Below, piece by piece: positions 20,704 through 30,556 of a stretch of DNA of 64,000 bases (within the stretch, counting starts at the first letter, position 1; every line of letters starts with the position of its first letter). Location: the IMG/VR virus record IMGVR_UViG_3300045988_153208; one strand, given 5' to 3'. The notes beneath the pieces are model-generated. The model searched no databases. It was given only the letters and a program-made list of their open reading frames with translations, and was not told the origin of the DNA. Made by a program: the position numbers and the translations under genes. The stretch is from a virus.

Positions 20704-21112
20704 TGATATCGACTTCAACAGTTGAATAGGTTGTTGCACCAGTGTTAACAAATGTCAAATTGGCATTGTTATTTATAGAACGACATGATGGCAGGACTTT
20801 TACTAAGGTAGTAAAATGAACTGTACCAGTGTCAACTAGACTTGCAATTGCGGCTGGAATGGCAGTTCCATTATTGTAAGCCTAGACTGAAAATGTGTTG
20901 CCAGAGCCAGCATTACCAGTTGCGGTTACCGCAACTAAATAAGTGCCGGTTCGAGTTAAACTAATCGCAGTACTGCCTGCAATATGAGAAATACCACAGC
21001 CACTTTGGAATATATTATTTTGGAGTGGAATGGGATTACCCGTAGCAAGAGTCTAGCTAGTTGTAGAGGTAGTCTTTAAAATTGGGTTAGAGCAATTTGA
21101 ACAAGTACTCAT
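20690..21112 (-). CDS. Small Ser/Thr/Gly-rich beta-rich protein, possibly C1q/TNF-like (BclA C-terminal-domain-like)
   Basis: RBS AAAGGAG precedes ATG 21110-12. The frame is open through three TAGs to TGA 20690-92. The sequence is dominated by S/T/G/N/A with beta-strand-like segments (TGTYLVAVTATG...TVHFTTLVKV). Confidence 0.4.
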
Positions 21113-21169
21113 TCGTATGAACTCCTTTCTTAGTTAGAATAGAGGGAGGATATTTCCTCCCTCAATAAA

Positions 21170-21469
21170 TTAATTACCGCAAGCTCCGCATCCACTAAAT
21201 GCGCTATAAATATTACTTGCAGTATAAGGACTACAAGTAATATATGCAGGGGTAGGATATGGGCGTAAGACATTCAATAAATCAGAAGTCTGATTCATGT
21301 TCTGAATTGTTAAGTTGGCAGACTGTAATTCAGTACGCAGACCTTCAATCTTATCGGTAGTTAAATAATCAAGAATACGCTGAACACCAGCATTTTGATT
21401 AGTTTTGAGATTGAGAATAATAGTTATAACTGTTTGGATACATTTTCTAGAAAATACCTCGCTTTCCAA
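21170..21469 (-). CDS. Small protein with a coiled-coil middle and a Cys/Ser/Thr-rich C-terminus
   Basis: Intact 99-aa ORF. The C-terminus reads TPAYITCSPYTASNIYSAFSGCGACGN. The tandem palindromic operators lie immediately upstream. Confidence 0.45.
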   Translation of the reverse strand: MESEVFSRKCIQTVITIILNLKTNQNAGVQRILDYLTTDKIEGLRTELQSANLTIQNMNQTSDLLNVLRPYPTPAYITCSPYTASNIYSAFSGCGACGN

Positions 21470-21484
21470 ATTTTTTACAGCGGA

Positions 21485-21518
21485 GTAAAAAATTTTACAA
21501 TGGTGTAAAAAATTTTAC
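21485..21518. promoter_or_regulatory. Two tandem 14-bp perfect palindromes (candidate dimeric-regulator operators) in a divergent promoter region
   Basis: GTAAAAAATTTTAC at 21485-98 and again at 21505-18. Centre-to-centre spacing is 20 bp. A half-site AAATTTTTTAC sits upstream at about 21470-80. Confidence 0.6.
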
Positions 21519-21633
21519 TAAGCTCCTCCATTATATAATGTAAATTAAGATGGACCAACTAACGATTTTTGCCTGGTTATTTTCGAAAAAACTATCTAGA
21601 ATATTTTTCATATTAAATAGGAATTGACATTTA

Positions 21634-21662
21634 TTGACTTTTCCAAAAATTTATTTTATAAT
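21634..21662 (+). promoter_or_regulatory. Sigma70-like promoter
   Basis: -35 TTGACT at 21634-39, a 17-nt spacer, then TATAAT at 21657-62. A second overlapping TTGACA sits at 21624-29. Confidence 0.5.
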
Positions 21663-21690
21663 ACAGAAAAATAAACGAGGAGGAAAATTT

Positions 21691-22104
21691 ATGGATTGGC
21701 TAGAAATGCTACAACAAATTTTCAATATTCTTATTGTCCCAGTATTAACAGCTGTCTCTTTATTCTTGGTTCGTTTTATTCAGTCTAAAACCAATGAATT
21801 GAAGGCTAAAACCAATGATGAAACTCTTCAAAAATATATGGACATGCTTAATAAAACAATTACTGATTGTGTATTAGCAACAAATCAAACATATGTTGAA
21901 AGTCTGAAGGGGCAAAATGCATTTGATAAAAATGCTCAATTGGAAGCATTCAAAAAGACTTATGATGCCGTAATGGGTATTCTGACTGAAGATGCTAAAG
22001 AGTATCTTGAGGAAGCCCTCGGTGATTTGAGTGGATATATTACCACTAAAATCGAGTCTGAGGTTAATACAAATAAGGCTCAACCTAAAAAGGCCAAAGA
22101 ATAA
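21691..22104 (+). CDS. Small membrane protein (N-terminal TM helix, charged C-terminus)
   Basis: RBS GAGGAGG precedes ATG 21691. The track start at 21634 lies in the promoter. It has one TM segment (ILIVPVLTAVSLFLV). Confidence 0.45.
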   Translation: MDWLEMLQQIFNILIVPVLTAVSLFLVRFIQSKTNELKAKTNDETLQKYMDMLNKTITDCVLATNQTYVESLKGQNAFDKNAQLEAFKKTYDAVMGILTEDAKEYLEEALGDLSGYITTKIESEVNTNKAQPKKAKE

Positions 22105-22437
22105 TTGATCATCTGTTTGTGCGGGAGCACTAAATTCAAAGAGTCCTTCGAGAAATTAGGAGCAATCCTATCTCTCGAAGGACATATTGTTTTATCTCCT
22201 AAAGTATTTGCTCATGCAGATAATATTGTATTACCATCGGACACAGAAACTAGATTATTAAATTCTAGTAAAAATAAAATTAATATGGCTGATGCCGTTT
22301 ATTTTATTACTGGAGAAAATGAATATATTGGGACAACTGGCTATCAAGAAATTTGTTATGCTAGAAAATTAAATAAACCTATTACTTATTTTTCTAATAA
22401 AAAAATTGATGAATATGGTTATAATGTTATTCGATAG
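22105..22437 (+). CDS. Nucleoside 2-deoxyribosyltransferase / DNPH1(Rcl)-like Rossmann-fold protein
   Basis: 110 aa. The N-terminal MIICLCGSTKF resembles YFCGS/YLAGP. The later GTTGYQEICYARKLNKPI resembles the catalytic Glu region (G..G.ExGyA.A.gKPv) of the NDT/DNPH1 family. Confidence 0.4.
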   Translation: MIICLCGSTKFKESFEKLGAILSLEGHIVLSPKVFAHADNIVLPSDTETRLLNSSKNKINMADAVYFITGENEYIGTTGYQEICYARKLNKPITYFSNKKIDEYGYNVIR

Positions 22438-22462
22438 CATGTGAATAACGTAATGAATCAAA

Positions 22463-22522
22463 CAAAAAATGGCGATTAAGAAAAAAACATTACAAGTTTT
22501 CTCTTAATCGCCATTTTTTTTA
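22463..22522. terminator. Bidirectional terminator separating the early (+) and late (-) modules
   Basis: 12-bp stem atggcgattaag/cttaatcgccat with an A-run upstream and a T-run downstream. It lies between + gene 22105-22437 and the - tail fibre ending at 22531. Confidence 0.7.
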
Positions 22523-22530
22523 TTTATAAA

Positions 22531-25500
22531 TTAAAATACTTTAATCCATACACGCCCATTAACTTTAACTTTTCCAGTTCCCCATTCTTCATAATCAGGA
22601 ACAGCTGAAATAGTACCAATCGCGCAATAACCTTTATTTCTATATTCTTCATCAGTCATAATAGAAACTGTTCCATTAGGACCAGAACATACTGGACGCC
22701 CAATATTCTTTTTAAATTCTTCACGAGATTCATATGGATAAGCAAGAACACGTCCACTTACTGCTATTGGAGTTTTTGCCTATTCAGTTTCACCAATAGC
22801 AAAACCAAATGTATCAGATGTAATATTTGCACCGGGCATCATACGTTCAGTTGAAGTAATAAGAGTATCATTACCAACTTCAATTACGCATCTACCTGAT
22901 TCAACAGTATCGCCTTCACGGAATTCAGCATAGTCATTCCATACAGCACCCCAAAGTTTATTTCCTCGTAAAACTCCAGTTCGAGTATTAATAGTCATTG
23001 TCATGCCAGCATTAGTTGAAGGACATCCATCAACAAAACCAATACTCTACCAAGATTTAAAAATTAAATTGGCTTTTCCAGTAGTCCCTAAAATACTACC
23101 ATCTGCATCTCCATTTCCAACATACATTCCATTATTTCCACCAACTAATCCATGACAAATCATTGCTCCAGTATTAGTAGCAGTTGATGTAGTGGCGGGC
23201 AAAGAACAATTAATACTTCCATTCATAGTTCCGCCAGATAATTTTAAATAATTAGTATCAATCTATAAACCATTTATATCTCCCAAAGTTTTACTAGCAC
23301 TATCAGCATTACCATGAAAATAAACATTAGTACCATCACTTTGAACTATCCACTATGTTTTAATACAATCCCATAATCCATATAACTATGCGCCACCATT
23401 ATCGCGAGATAATTCGATATAACCAGTTGAGCCATTATTTACTCGGAACCCCTATCCAGCCTTATCAACAGCCAATTGACCAGTCATTGTATCTCCGGTT
23501 TTTTTGACATAATTAGAATCATGATTGTGTGAACTTGCTGCTGCTCCAATATTAGCTGGAGTTATATTAATATTTTTAGTAGCACTACCATTATAAGTAA
23601 ATTGGTTTGTTCCTTCAGTAGTTCCACTGTTTAGTTTAATGACTAAATTATTATTAACTTTATCGGCACTACTAGCTTTAGTAGCCGTTGTTGCAGTGGT
23701 CGCATTACCGTTTAAATTACCATGAAATCCATCAGGCTTAATGGAAGCAACTAATTTTCCATCAGCCGCAGTTCCTTTAGTATTTTCATAGAAATTCCAA
23801 ATTCCACCATATTCATGAAAATCAACTTGATTATGTCCACTATATCCAAAATCAATAGCATGATAATATGTATCAGCATTGCCTTCACCACGGAATTTTC
23901 TACTTTGAAAATAATGAGTTTTATCAGTGCCCGTGGCAATATAAGGAGCAGTAAATAATCCAGTATTATCAATAGTAACTTTTGGATTATCTTTAATGAC
24001 TTTACCTGTTGCATCAGCGAATGTGGAAACAGCATTTACAGTAGAAGCATTAGGTCCTGTTACCGCATTTGTGCCTGCATCATCACGCCAACCAGGATTA
24101 CCTTTTTCATCAGTTTTCCAAACTTTATTTTTTTGATTAGCTCCAGAAGCCACATAGCCTTCAGATGATGATGTATTAGCTTTCCAAGTATTTGTATTAG
24201 TGGAGCTAATTGTGATATTACCGCTATCATCACTTACTACTGATGTTGCTCCAGTGCCTTTAATAGTAACGCTATTTCTAACTGTAGTATTATCTACTAT
24301 AGTTAATTTAGTATTACCATTAGTAGTAGCAGCATTTTGAGCAGTACCAGTGCCAGCATATAAGTGAGTTGTATAATGTGTATCTGTAAATTTAGCATCT
24401 GAGGGCACTGATTTACCAATAGTAAATCCAGAGTCTTTAATTATTTTACCATTAGCCCCATTGAATATAGCAACGTGATTATTAACCGCGCTAACCGGTC
24501 CAATTACTGCTCCATCAATATTAGTTTGAACAATAGTCCAATCTCCTGCGCTATGAGTAGTTCCATCTTTAATACAAATAATTAAATCGCCAATTTCACA
24601 AACTTCACCATTGCCAAGGTATTTACCATTATTACCACCTTTAATATCATAAACGCGATAAGTTTCACCCGCGTTATGTTTGGCTGGTAATTCATGAATA
24701 GTAGCAGCTGCATCTCCACCGATAGTACCTTTAAATACCATAGCATCATTAGTGGCTAATAAATTATTTAATTTCTTATCAATATCTGATTTTATATAAA
24801 AATTATTTAATGACCAATCATGTACTGCGTCACCCCGTGCAGCAGCATATTGGTATAAATTGTTTCCATAATTTTCCCCGGCTTCACCAGCTTGTAAAAT
24901 TACATGTCGACTAGCTTTATAAGAATTATCACCATCATAGTTAATATATAAATTATCTTTTTCACAAGCCCCGTCATCTGTTGGTTCTGATATACCACAA
25001 ATACCACGAGTCACTAAACCCGCATTTTGAGCAGTTCCACTAAATACTGCCCCCTACTATAATGTAAGTTGATTAGAAATTATAGTATTTATTTTATTAG
25101 TACCAAGGATATTAGCAGCATCGCCTTTAAAAATATGAGTACCACCTATTACAACATTTCCTTCAAATGATGCGCTACCATTCATATTTAAAAGAATATT
25201 ATTGTTTATATTAATACCCCAATTATTTACTAATGATTCTTCACCAGTATTTATAATTTTAATACCAGTGCCAGCTCCTTTATTATCAATAATTAAAGCC
25301 GAGCCTTCATCATTATTTTCAATTAAAACTTCATCTTTACTTCCTGTTTCAACATTAGGAATTACTAATGTCCCATCTTTATAACCAATACTACCATATT
25401 TTAATTCAATTAAATTTTTAGTATTGTCAGCTACTTTGAATGCTAAAATAGGATAAGTTTCTGTATCTTCAATTTTAGTAGCCTTAATCCAATCAGTGCT

Positions 25501-25683
25501 TAAAGCACTAAGAGGAATACGATTATCTCCAATTACAGCTGGAGATGCATTAGTACCATCACCATCAATATCAATGTAAAATTTACCATCATCTGATGTA
25601 AAATATGCAAAACCTTCTTTTGCATATGGTACATTTGTCATTAAATTTTTTGACAAACCTTTACTTATTTTAAATAATGCCAT
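22531..25683 (-). CDS. Long tail fibre / receptor-binding protein (about 1050 aa)
   Basis: RBS AAGGGAG precedes ATG 25681-83. A single frame was checked codon by codon from 25683 down to TAA 22531-33, with at least 9 in-frame TAGs (25057, 23452, 23386, 23353, 23263, 23047, 22780 and others). It merges track ORFs 25057-25683, 23452-25014 and 22780-23004. The sequence is Gly/Thr/Asn-rich and beta-rich. Its N-terminal anchor module and C-terminal domain are shared with other genes in this module. Confidence 0.7.
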
Positions 25684-25820
25684 TAATTTGTAAACTCCCT
25701 TCTCTGAAAAAAAGTTTATAAAAATATTTCTATTAATTTGTAAAAATTTGAATTATATTATTATTTTAATTAGGCCATTTATTTATAATATTAAAATTTA
25801 AATTTTTACAAATTAATAGA
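25682..25820. repeat. Three copies (two direct, one inverted) of a 14-17-nt motif TATTAATTTGTAAA in the divergent region between the tail fibre gene and the + strand gene
   Basis: cattaatttgtaaa at 25681-95, ctattaatttgtaaaaa at 25730-46, and the reverse complement tttttacaaattaatag at 25803-19. Confidence 0.55.
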
Positions 25821-25843
25821 AAACGAGTGAAAGGAGATTAATT

Positions 25844-26614
25844 ATGGCAGAAAAAAAAGTTGTAGATTTAAATAATTTAAAAACTTTTTATATTAAATTA
25901 AAAGATATTTTTGTTCCTAAATTAGAAGGAAAAAATTATCTCACTAGTTCTACTGGAGATGAAGGGTATACTAAAGATGAAATAGATATTAAAATAAGTA
26001 ATATATCACCATCTGGGCCATCTGATAATATTAATCTTAATTGGCAAAATTAGTTTGAAGATGTTGTTTATAATTCTACATCAGCAGATTTTGATAATTA
26101 TACCTATTATTATTTAGATAATGGGATATATAAAATTGTTACTTATGATTAGATTATGACTTGGGTAAACACTCCAAAAGATACGACATAGCCAGCTTCT
26201 GTTGATAATAATATTTTAGAAGATCAAAAATTTTATTTTAATAAAATTTTAAGCCATACTACTCCAGCTTATGGTATTGGAAATACTATTAGTACTTATC
26301 TTACTGGAGCTGGGGCTCAACAAGTTACTAATATCGCGCAAAAGACTCATTATACTTCATATAATCGTGTAAATAATCAAATTGTTAATAAATCATATCC
26401 AGCATATTTTTCTTATTATAAAAAAGACACAACAGGAAATTTTATTAAAATAACTTAGACGGAAGCTAAAACATTAGGTAATACTAATAAAATAGAGATT
26501 TTTGTAAAAAATTTAACTCCAGAAAATATTGAAAACTTAATTAAATCATCTGATATTCAAACAATTATTGACAACCGAATTAAAACATTAGTTAAATCAG
26601 ATTCATTAAAATAA
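25844..26614 (+). CDS. Hypothetical protein encoded on the opposite strand inside the tail-fibre module (256 aa)
   Basis: RBS AAAGGAG precedes ATG 25844. The frame is open through four TAGs to TAA 26612-14. It is flanked downstream by a bidirectional terminator. Confidence 0.5.
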
Positions 26615-26616
26615 AA

Positions 26617-26656
26617 TAAAAAGGCAGATAACATAATTTGTTATCTGCCTTTTTTT
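26617..26656. terminator. Bidirectional terminator
   Basis: Perfect 12-bp stem aggcagataaca/tgttatctgcct flanked by A5 and T6 runs. Confidence 0.7.
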
Positions 26657-27524
26657 ATTTTATTTTAATCCAAATTCGATTATTGATTTGAATTTTATCA
26701 GTACCCCATTCTTTATACTCAGGAATTTCACTTACATAACCAATTATAGCATCAGGCCATTCTTTGATTTCTTCACGAGTCATTAATGATATAGTTCCAT
26801 TAGGTCCTGAGCAAACCGCCGCGCCAGCAGTAAATTTATATCTATCTTCATAAGGATAAGCTAATACTCGTCCACATACCGCAATAGGTGTTTGTGCTTT
26901 ATTAGTTTCACCAATAGAAAAACCAAATGTATCTGAAATAATATTGCTACCCAGCTGTAAACGCTAAGTTGATAATTCTAAGTCTCCATACCCAGTTTCA
27001 ACTACACACCGGCCAGGCTCTTTAATTAACGATTCACGATATTCAGCATAATCATTAAATACAGCACCACGAACTTTTTTAGCTACTAAAACTCCATTAT
27101 CACCGTTTTTTGTTTTACTACCATCGCCTAATACTAAATTCTATGATCGATCAAATCCTTTAATTAATACGCTCTATTTCAAAATATTATTTTCTTTAAT
27201 ATTAAACATACCTGGAGTTAAATTATCATTTTGAGTTAAATTAGTTTCGGGGGAAAAACTTAATTCACCGGTAATAATATACTGCTTATTTAATACATCA
27301 TCATCAGTCGGATCTTCAATAATTAAGTAGGTTTTATTACCATCTGGAACAATTTTTACACTTCTTACATTCTAGATTTGTAATCGCGTACCATCTTTAT
27401 TCGGACGAAGACGAATGCCAGTTTTTTTACCTGCAACTGGATAAGCTTTTATATTAGCAAGCATTTTATTTAATGCTTCATTTTGTAAAATTATTGTAGA
27501 CTCATAAGGTGAATTACTACTCAT
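26655..27524 (-). CDS. Tail spike/fibre protein whose C-terminal domain is paralogous to the C-terminus of the long tail fibre (289 aa)
   Basis: ATG at 27522-24. The frame is open through four TAGs to TAA 26655-57. The C-terminus [77 protein letters not shown] matches fibre residues encoded at 22531-23000. Confidence 0.6.
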
Positions 27525-27612
27525 TTTTCGTGTTCTCCTTTCTCTCATAATTTTATATCTATTTATTATAGAAAATTATAATAAATCATTATTTATATTT
27601 ACCCAAAAAAAT

Positions 27613-27643
27613 AAAGGGAAGACTAATTTAAAGTCTTCCCTTT
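27613..27643. terminator. Terminator hairpin
   Basis: Stem aaagggaagact/agtcttcccttt with flanking A and T runs. Confidence 0.6.
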
Positions 27644-27655
27644 ATTTTTATTTTA

Positions 27656-28264
27656 TTAAAAATTATCAATCCACTCTAAAGCAAATGTACCTTTCTAATG
27701 TGCTTGTTCTAAATCATGAATTGCCTAAATAAATGCTTTATCAAAAACAAATTCTTCCTGAGAAATATTATCTAAATCCCAATTTTGACCTTGCTCTACA
27801 ATTGCTTCAGCAACTAATGTATTTAATTCATACATTAAATGTCCTGCAGCATTAAGACTAAAGAATTTAATAGCAAATTTTACAGTACCAGCATATTTAG
27901 TGGCCGCATTCTGAATCACCCATGGCATAATAATTTTTTGATTTACATTATCAGTAGTAATATCCATATAAGGCACTACATAATAATAGGCTTCACCTTT
28001 TGCATTTTGAAATTGAATAATGCAACAAGTGTTAGATAAATCCATGCCATCAAAATATCGATCAAATGTAAAGTATAAAGTCTCAGCCGAATGGTCCTGA
28101 GAGACGATAATGAAGGACTTAGGCACTTTTATTTTACGTTCATTTAAATCGATAGGGATTAACTCTTCTTTAGGTGGAGTTGGAAGGAGAATGGCTTTGG
28201 AAGTTCGCATCTGTTTGTCGATAGACCAAAGCTTATTCTCATAATCTTGATAATTAGTAATCAT
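27656..28264 (-). CDS. Tail or baseplate accessory protein, a paralogue of the N-terminal domain of the downstream Ig-domain protein (202 aa)
   Basis: RBS AGGAGAAAGGAG precedes the start. The track ORF 27725-28264 continues through three TAGs to TAA 27656-58. It shares IKVPKSFI...QDHSAETLYFTFDRYFDGMDLSNT with the gene at 28294-30228. Confidence 0.55.
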
Positions 28265-28293
28265 GATTATTCATTCTCCTTTCTCCTAATTTA

Positions 28294-30228
28294 TTACTTA
28301 ATATTAATATAGAATGCATCACTATTTAGTGAATAGGCACTTCCATTATATTTATTAGTTACACGAATAAAATAATTACCTTCTTGATTACCAACCATTG
28401 AAGAGGTAATTGTAGTATGTTTCCCACCTTCAATATCAGAAGAATTTAGTTCACAAACAAAAATGGGATTAGTGTCATCACTTTCTTCACCAGGTAATTG
28501 GTATAGACTACAAATTACTTTATCACTATATACTTTTTCATTAATAGCGGTTAAAACATATTTAACATCAAATGATTTTTGAGTGTACTTATCTGTAACT
28601 CCATCAGTAGATGCGTTTAGGTTAATCCAATATTGTCCACCTTGTTTACTTAAACCTAAAACAATACTATTCTCTTCAATTTTAGAAGCTAAAGGAGAAA
28701 CGATATATTCTTTAGATTTAGTTTCGTCTAAAGTAGTTTGATTATTTAAAAATGTTTTAACTCCAACAATATATTTACCTTCTTCGCTAACAACAAAACT
28801 ATTATTTTCAGTAGAACGAATCCACTTTGAAGTATTAACAGGAGTTGTATTCCCATCTTTATACCAAGCATATTGAACTAAAGCCTTAGGTTCAACTCCT
28901 ACAGCAGGAGCTTCATAAGCATCTGTATTATCATATCCAGAAGCAGTAGCAGTTAGAGTAACTTCATTGCCAGTTAAAAATGCCACAGAATCAGCTACAG
29001 ATAAATCAATATCATAACCTTCATCTTTTAAATCACTATTATTAGAAGTAATTGTAATTTCAGCAGGAGCATCGGGTTCAGGGCAAATTACCACTGGAGT
29101 ATGCTCAAGAACACCTTGACCAATTTTCTTATTTTCTTTATCAAAAATAATTCCTTGAGCCTGAATATAATATTCACCGACACCACTTACTTCAATAGTG
29201 GCATAACGAGCATATAATTCACTCTTGTTTGGAATAGCAATCTCTAGATCATTCCAAGTTCTAACGTCTTCACTAGAAGCAACCTTATAAACGCTGCCCT
29301 CTTTTATATAATAAGTGCCAGTAGGGTCTAAAGGAATACGTTTATCATTTTCATCTTTTTTAGAAACTAAAACATATTCATCTACTGGGTCATCTTCTCC
29401 AGCAGGAGTAGAATACTTAATGTCCGCCGCACCTGCTTGTGCGCGAGCATATAATTTTACAGGTACAGAAGATAATGTTTGAGAGTCGCCATTATCTACC
29501 GCATTACCAGCTAAATTTATAGTCTATAAAGCTACTGTAGCGTCGGGGTCAGTGACCAAGCCATTGGTAAGCCATTTTAAATCATCAACTTTAGCTTCGC
29601 CTTCACCAAAACTGCTGTTTTGAAGCATATTTAGAATATCATCATTAACATTAATAACTGTAGGATTAATTAAAACTAATCCTTCTTTAATATTAATTGT
29701 TGAGATTAAAGTATTTAAACTATAGCTAATAACATTATCACGTTCAGCATAAAATTCAACTGCAAAACTTAAAGTACCACTTTTACCAGTTAAATCTTTT
29801 GCCACAGGCCAACCAAAAATAATTTTTCCAGGTTCAGCATCAACGCTCTTAGAGAAATTAACAGATTGACCAGAAACATCACCAATTTTCCAATTGATAC
29901 GAATATTACAATTGTTTAAATCCATATAATCAAAATATCTATCAATACTAAAGAAAACAGTTTCAGCTAAATGATCTCCTTGAACTGATAAACCATTAGC
30001 AGTAAAATCAGAAGGAATTGTAATTTTGCGGCTATTAGCATCAATTTCAAACAAAGGCTCATCCAAAGGAAGTCTTAAAAACTTTTTATCTAACTCACCA
30101 ATTTCTTGTATATATCCGAAAAAGCTCTCAAGGTTATCAATTTGAATTTTACCATTACTAGCTTTGTCAATATCTTCATACAGTTTTTGATAAGCTAATT
30201 TAACAGAGTCTTTATACTTTGTAATCAT
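28294..30228 (-). CDS. Tail protein with an N-terminal paralogous domain and C-terminal Ig-like (BIG2-like) repeats (644 aa)
   Basis: RBS GAAAGGAAGG precedes the start. Track ORFs 29524-30228 and 28294-29094 are in one frame, joined through TAG 29524-26. The gap was checked and has no TAA or TGA. The gene ends at TAA 28294-96. It has the motif ITIPSDF...GDHLAETVFFSIDRYFDYMDLNN. Confidence 0.6.
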
Positions 30229-30266
30229 AGACTAGAAAACCTTCCTTTCTAAAATAATTTTCCCTT

Positions 30267-30299
30267 ATAGAGAGAAGAGAATTAATCTCTTCTCTCTAT
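30267..30299. terminator. Terminator hairpin
   Basis: Stem agagagaagaga/tctcttctctct with loop attaa. Confidence 0.55.
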
Positions 30300-30340
30300 T
30301 TTTCAAAAAAGTTATATATTAGATAATTGGAACTACCCAA

Positions 30341-30556
30341 TTAAACTTCTTTCCACTAATCTAATTCGTCTTCTGGAATAACTACATTTTGAACAAAGTC
30401 TTTTCCATTTTTAGTAAGACGTTTATTATTATCAGCAAGTAATTGAAGTTTTCTAACATAATATATATCTTCAAGATGAATGGGAGAAAGAATCGTTCCA
30501 TTAGTACCTAAATACTCATACATTACAATTTTAGTCATTTTCTTTTCTCCTTTCAT
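30341..30556 (-). CDS. Small protein (71 aa) translationally coupled to the giant tail protein
   Basis: Its ATG overlaps the TGA of the upstream giant gene (ATGA). The frame continues through TAG 30356 to TAA 30341-43. Confidence 0.45.

Noticed and set aside
21170-21469. Calling the 99-aa Cys/Ser/Thr-tailed protein a lanthipeptide or RiPP precursor, and the neighbouring STGN-rich protein a BclA/C1q-like exosporium protein.
   Set aside because: No modification enzymes (LanB/C/M, radical SAM, YcaO) are adjacent. The similarities are compositional impressions only. I kept them as speculative notes rather than as feature calls.
1-22437. Integrase, repressor or excisionase genes indicating a temperate lifestyle.
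   Set aside because: No tyrosine or serine recombinase motifs or HTH repressor were recognised in the early module. The lifestyle cannot be decided from this window.
25682-25820. The repeated TATTAATTTGTAAA motif as a possible CRISPR array, or other short repeats.
   Set aside because: There are only three copies, and one is inverted. Spacing is irregular. It lies in a divergent promoter region. No CRISPR-like regular repeat-spacer structure exists anywhere in the window.
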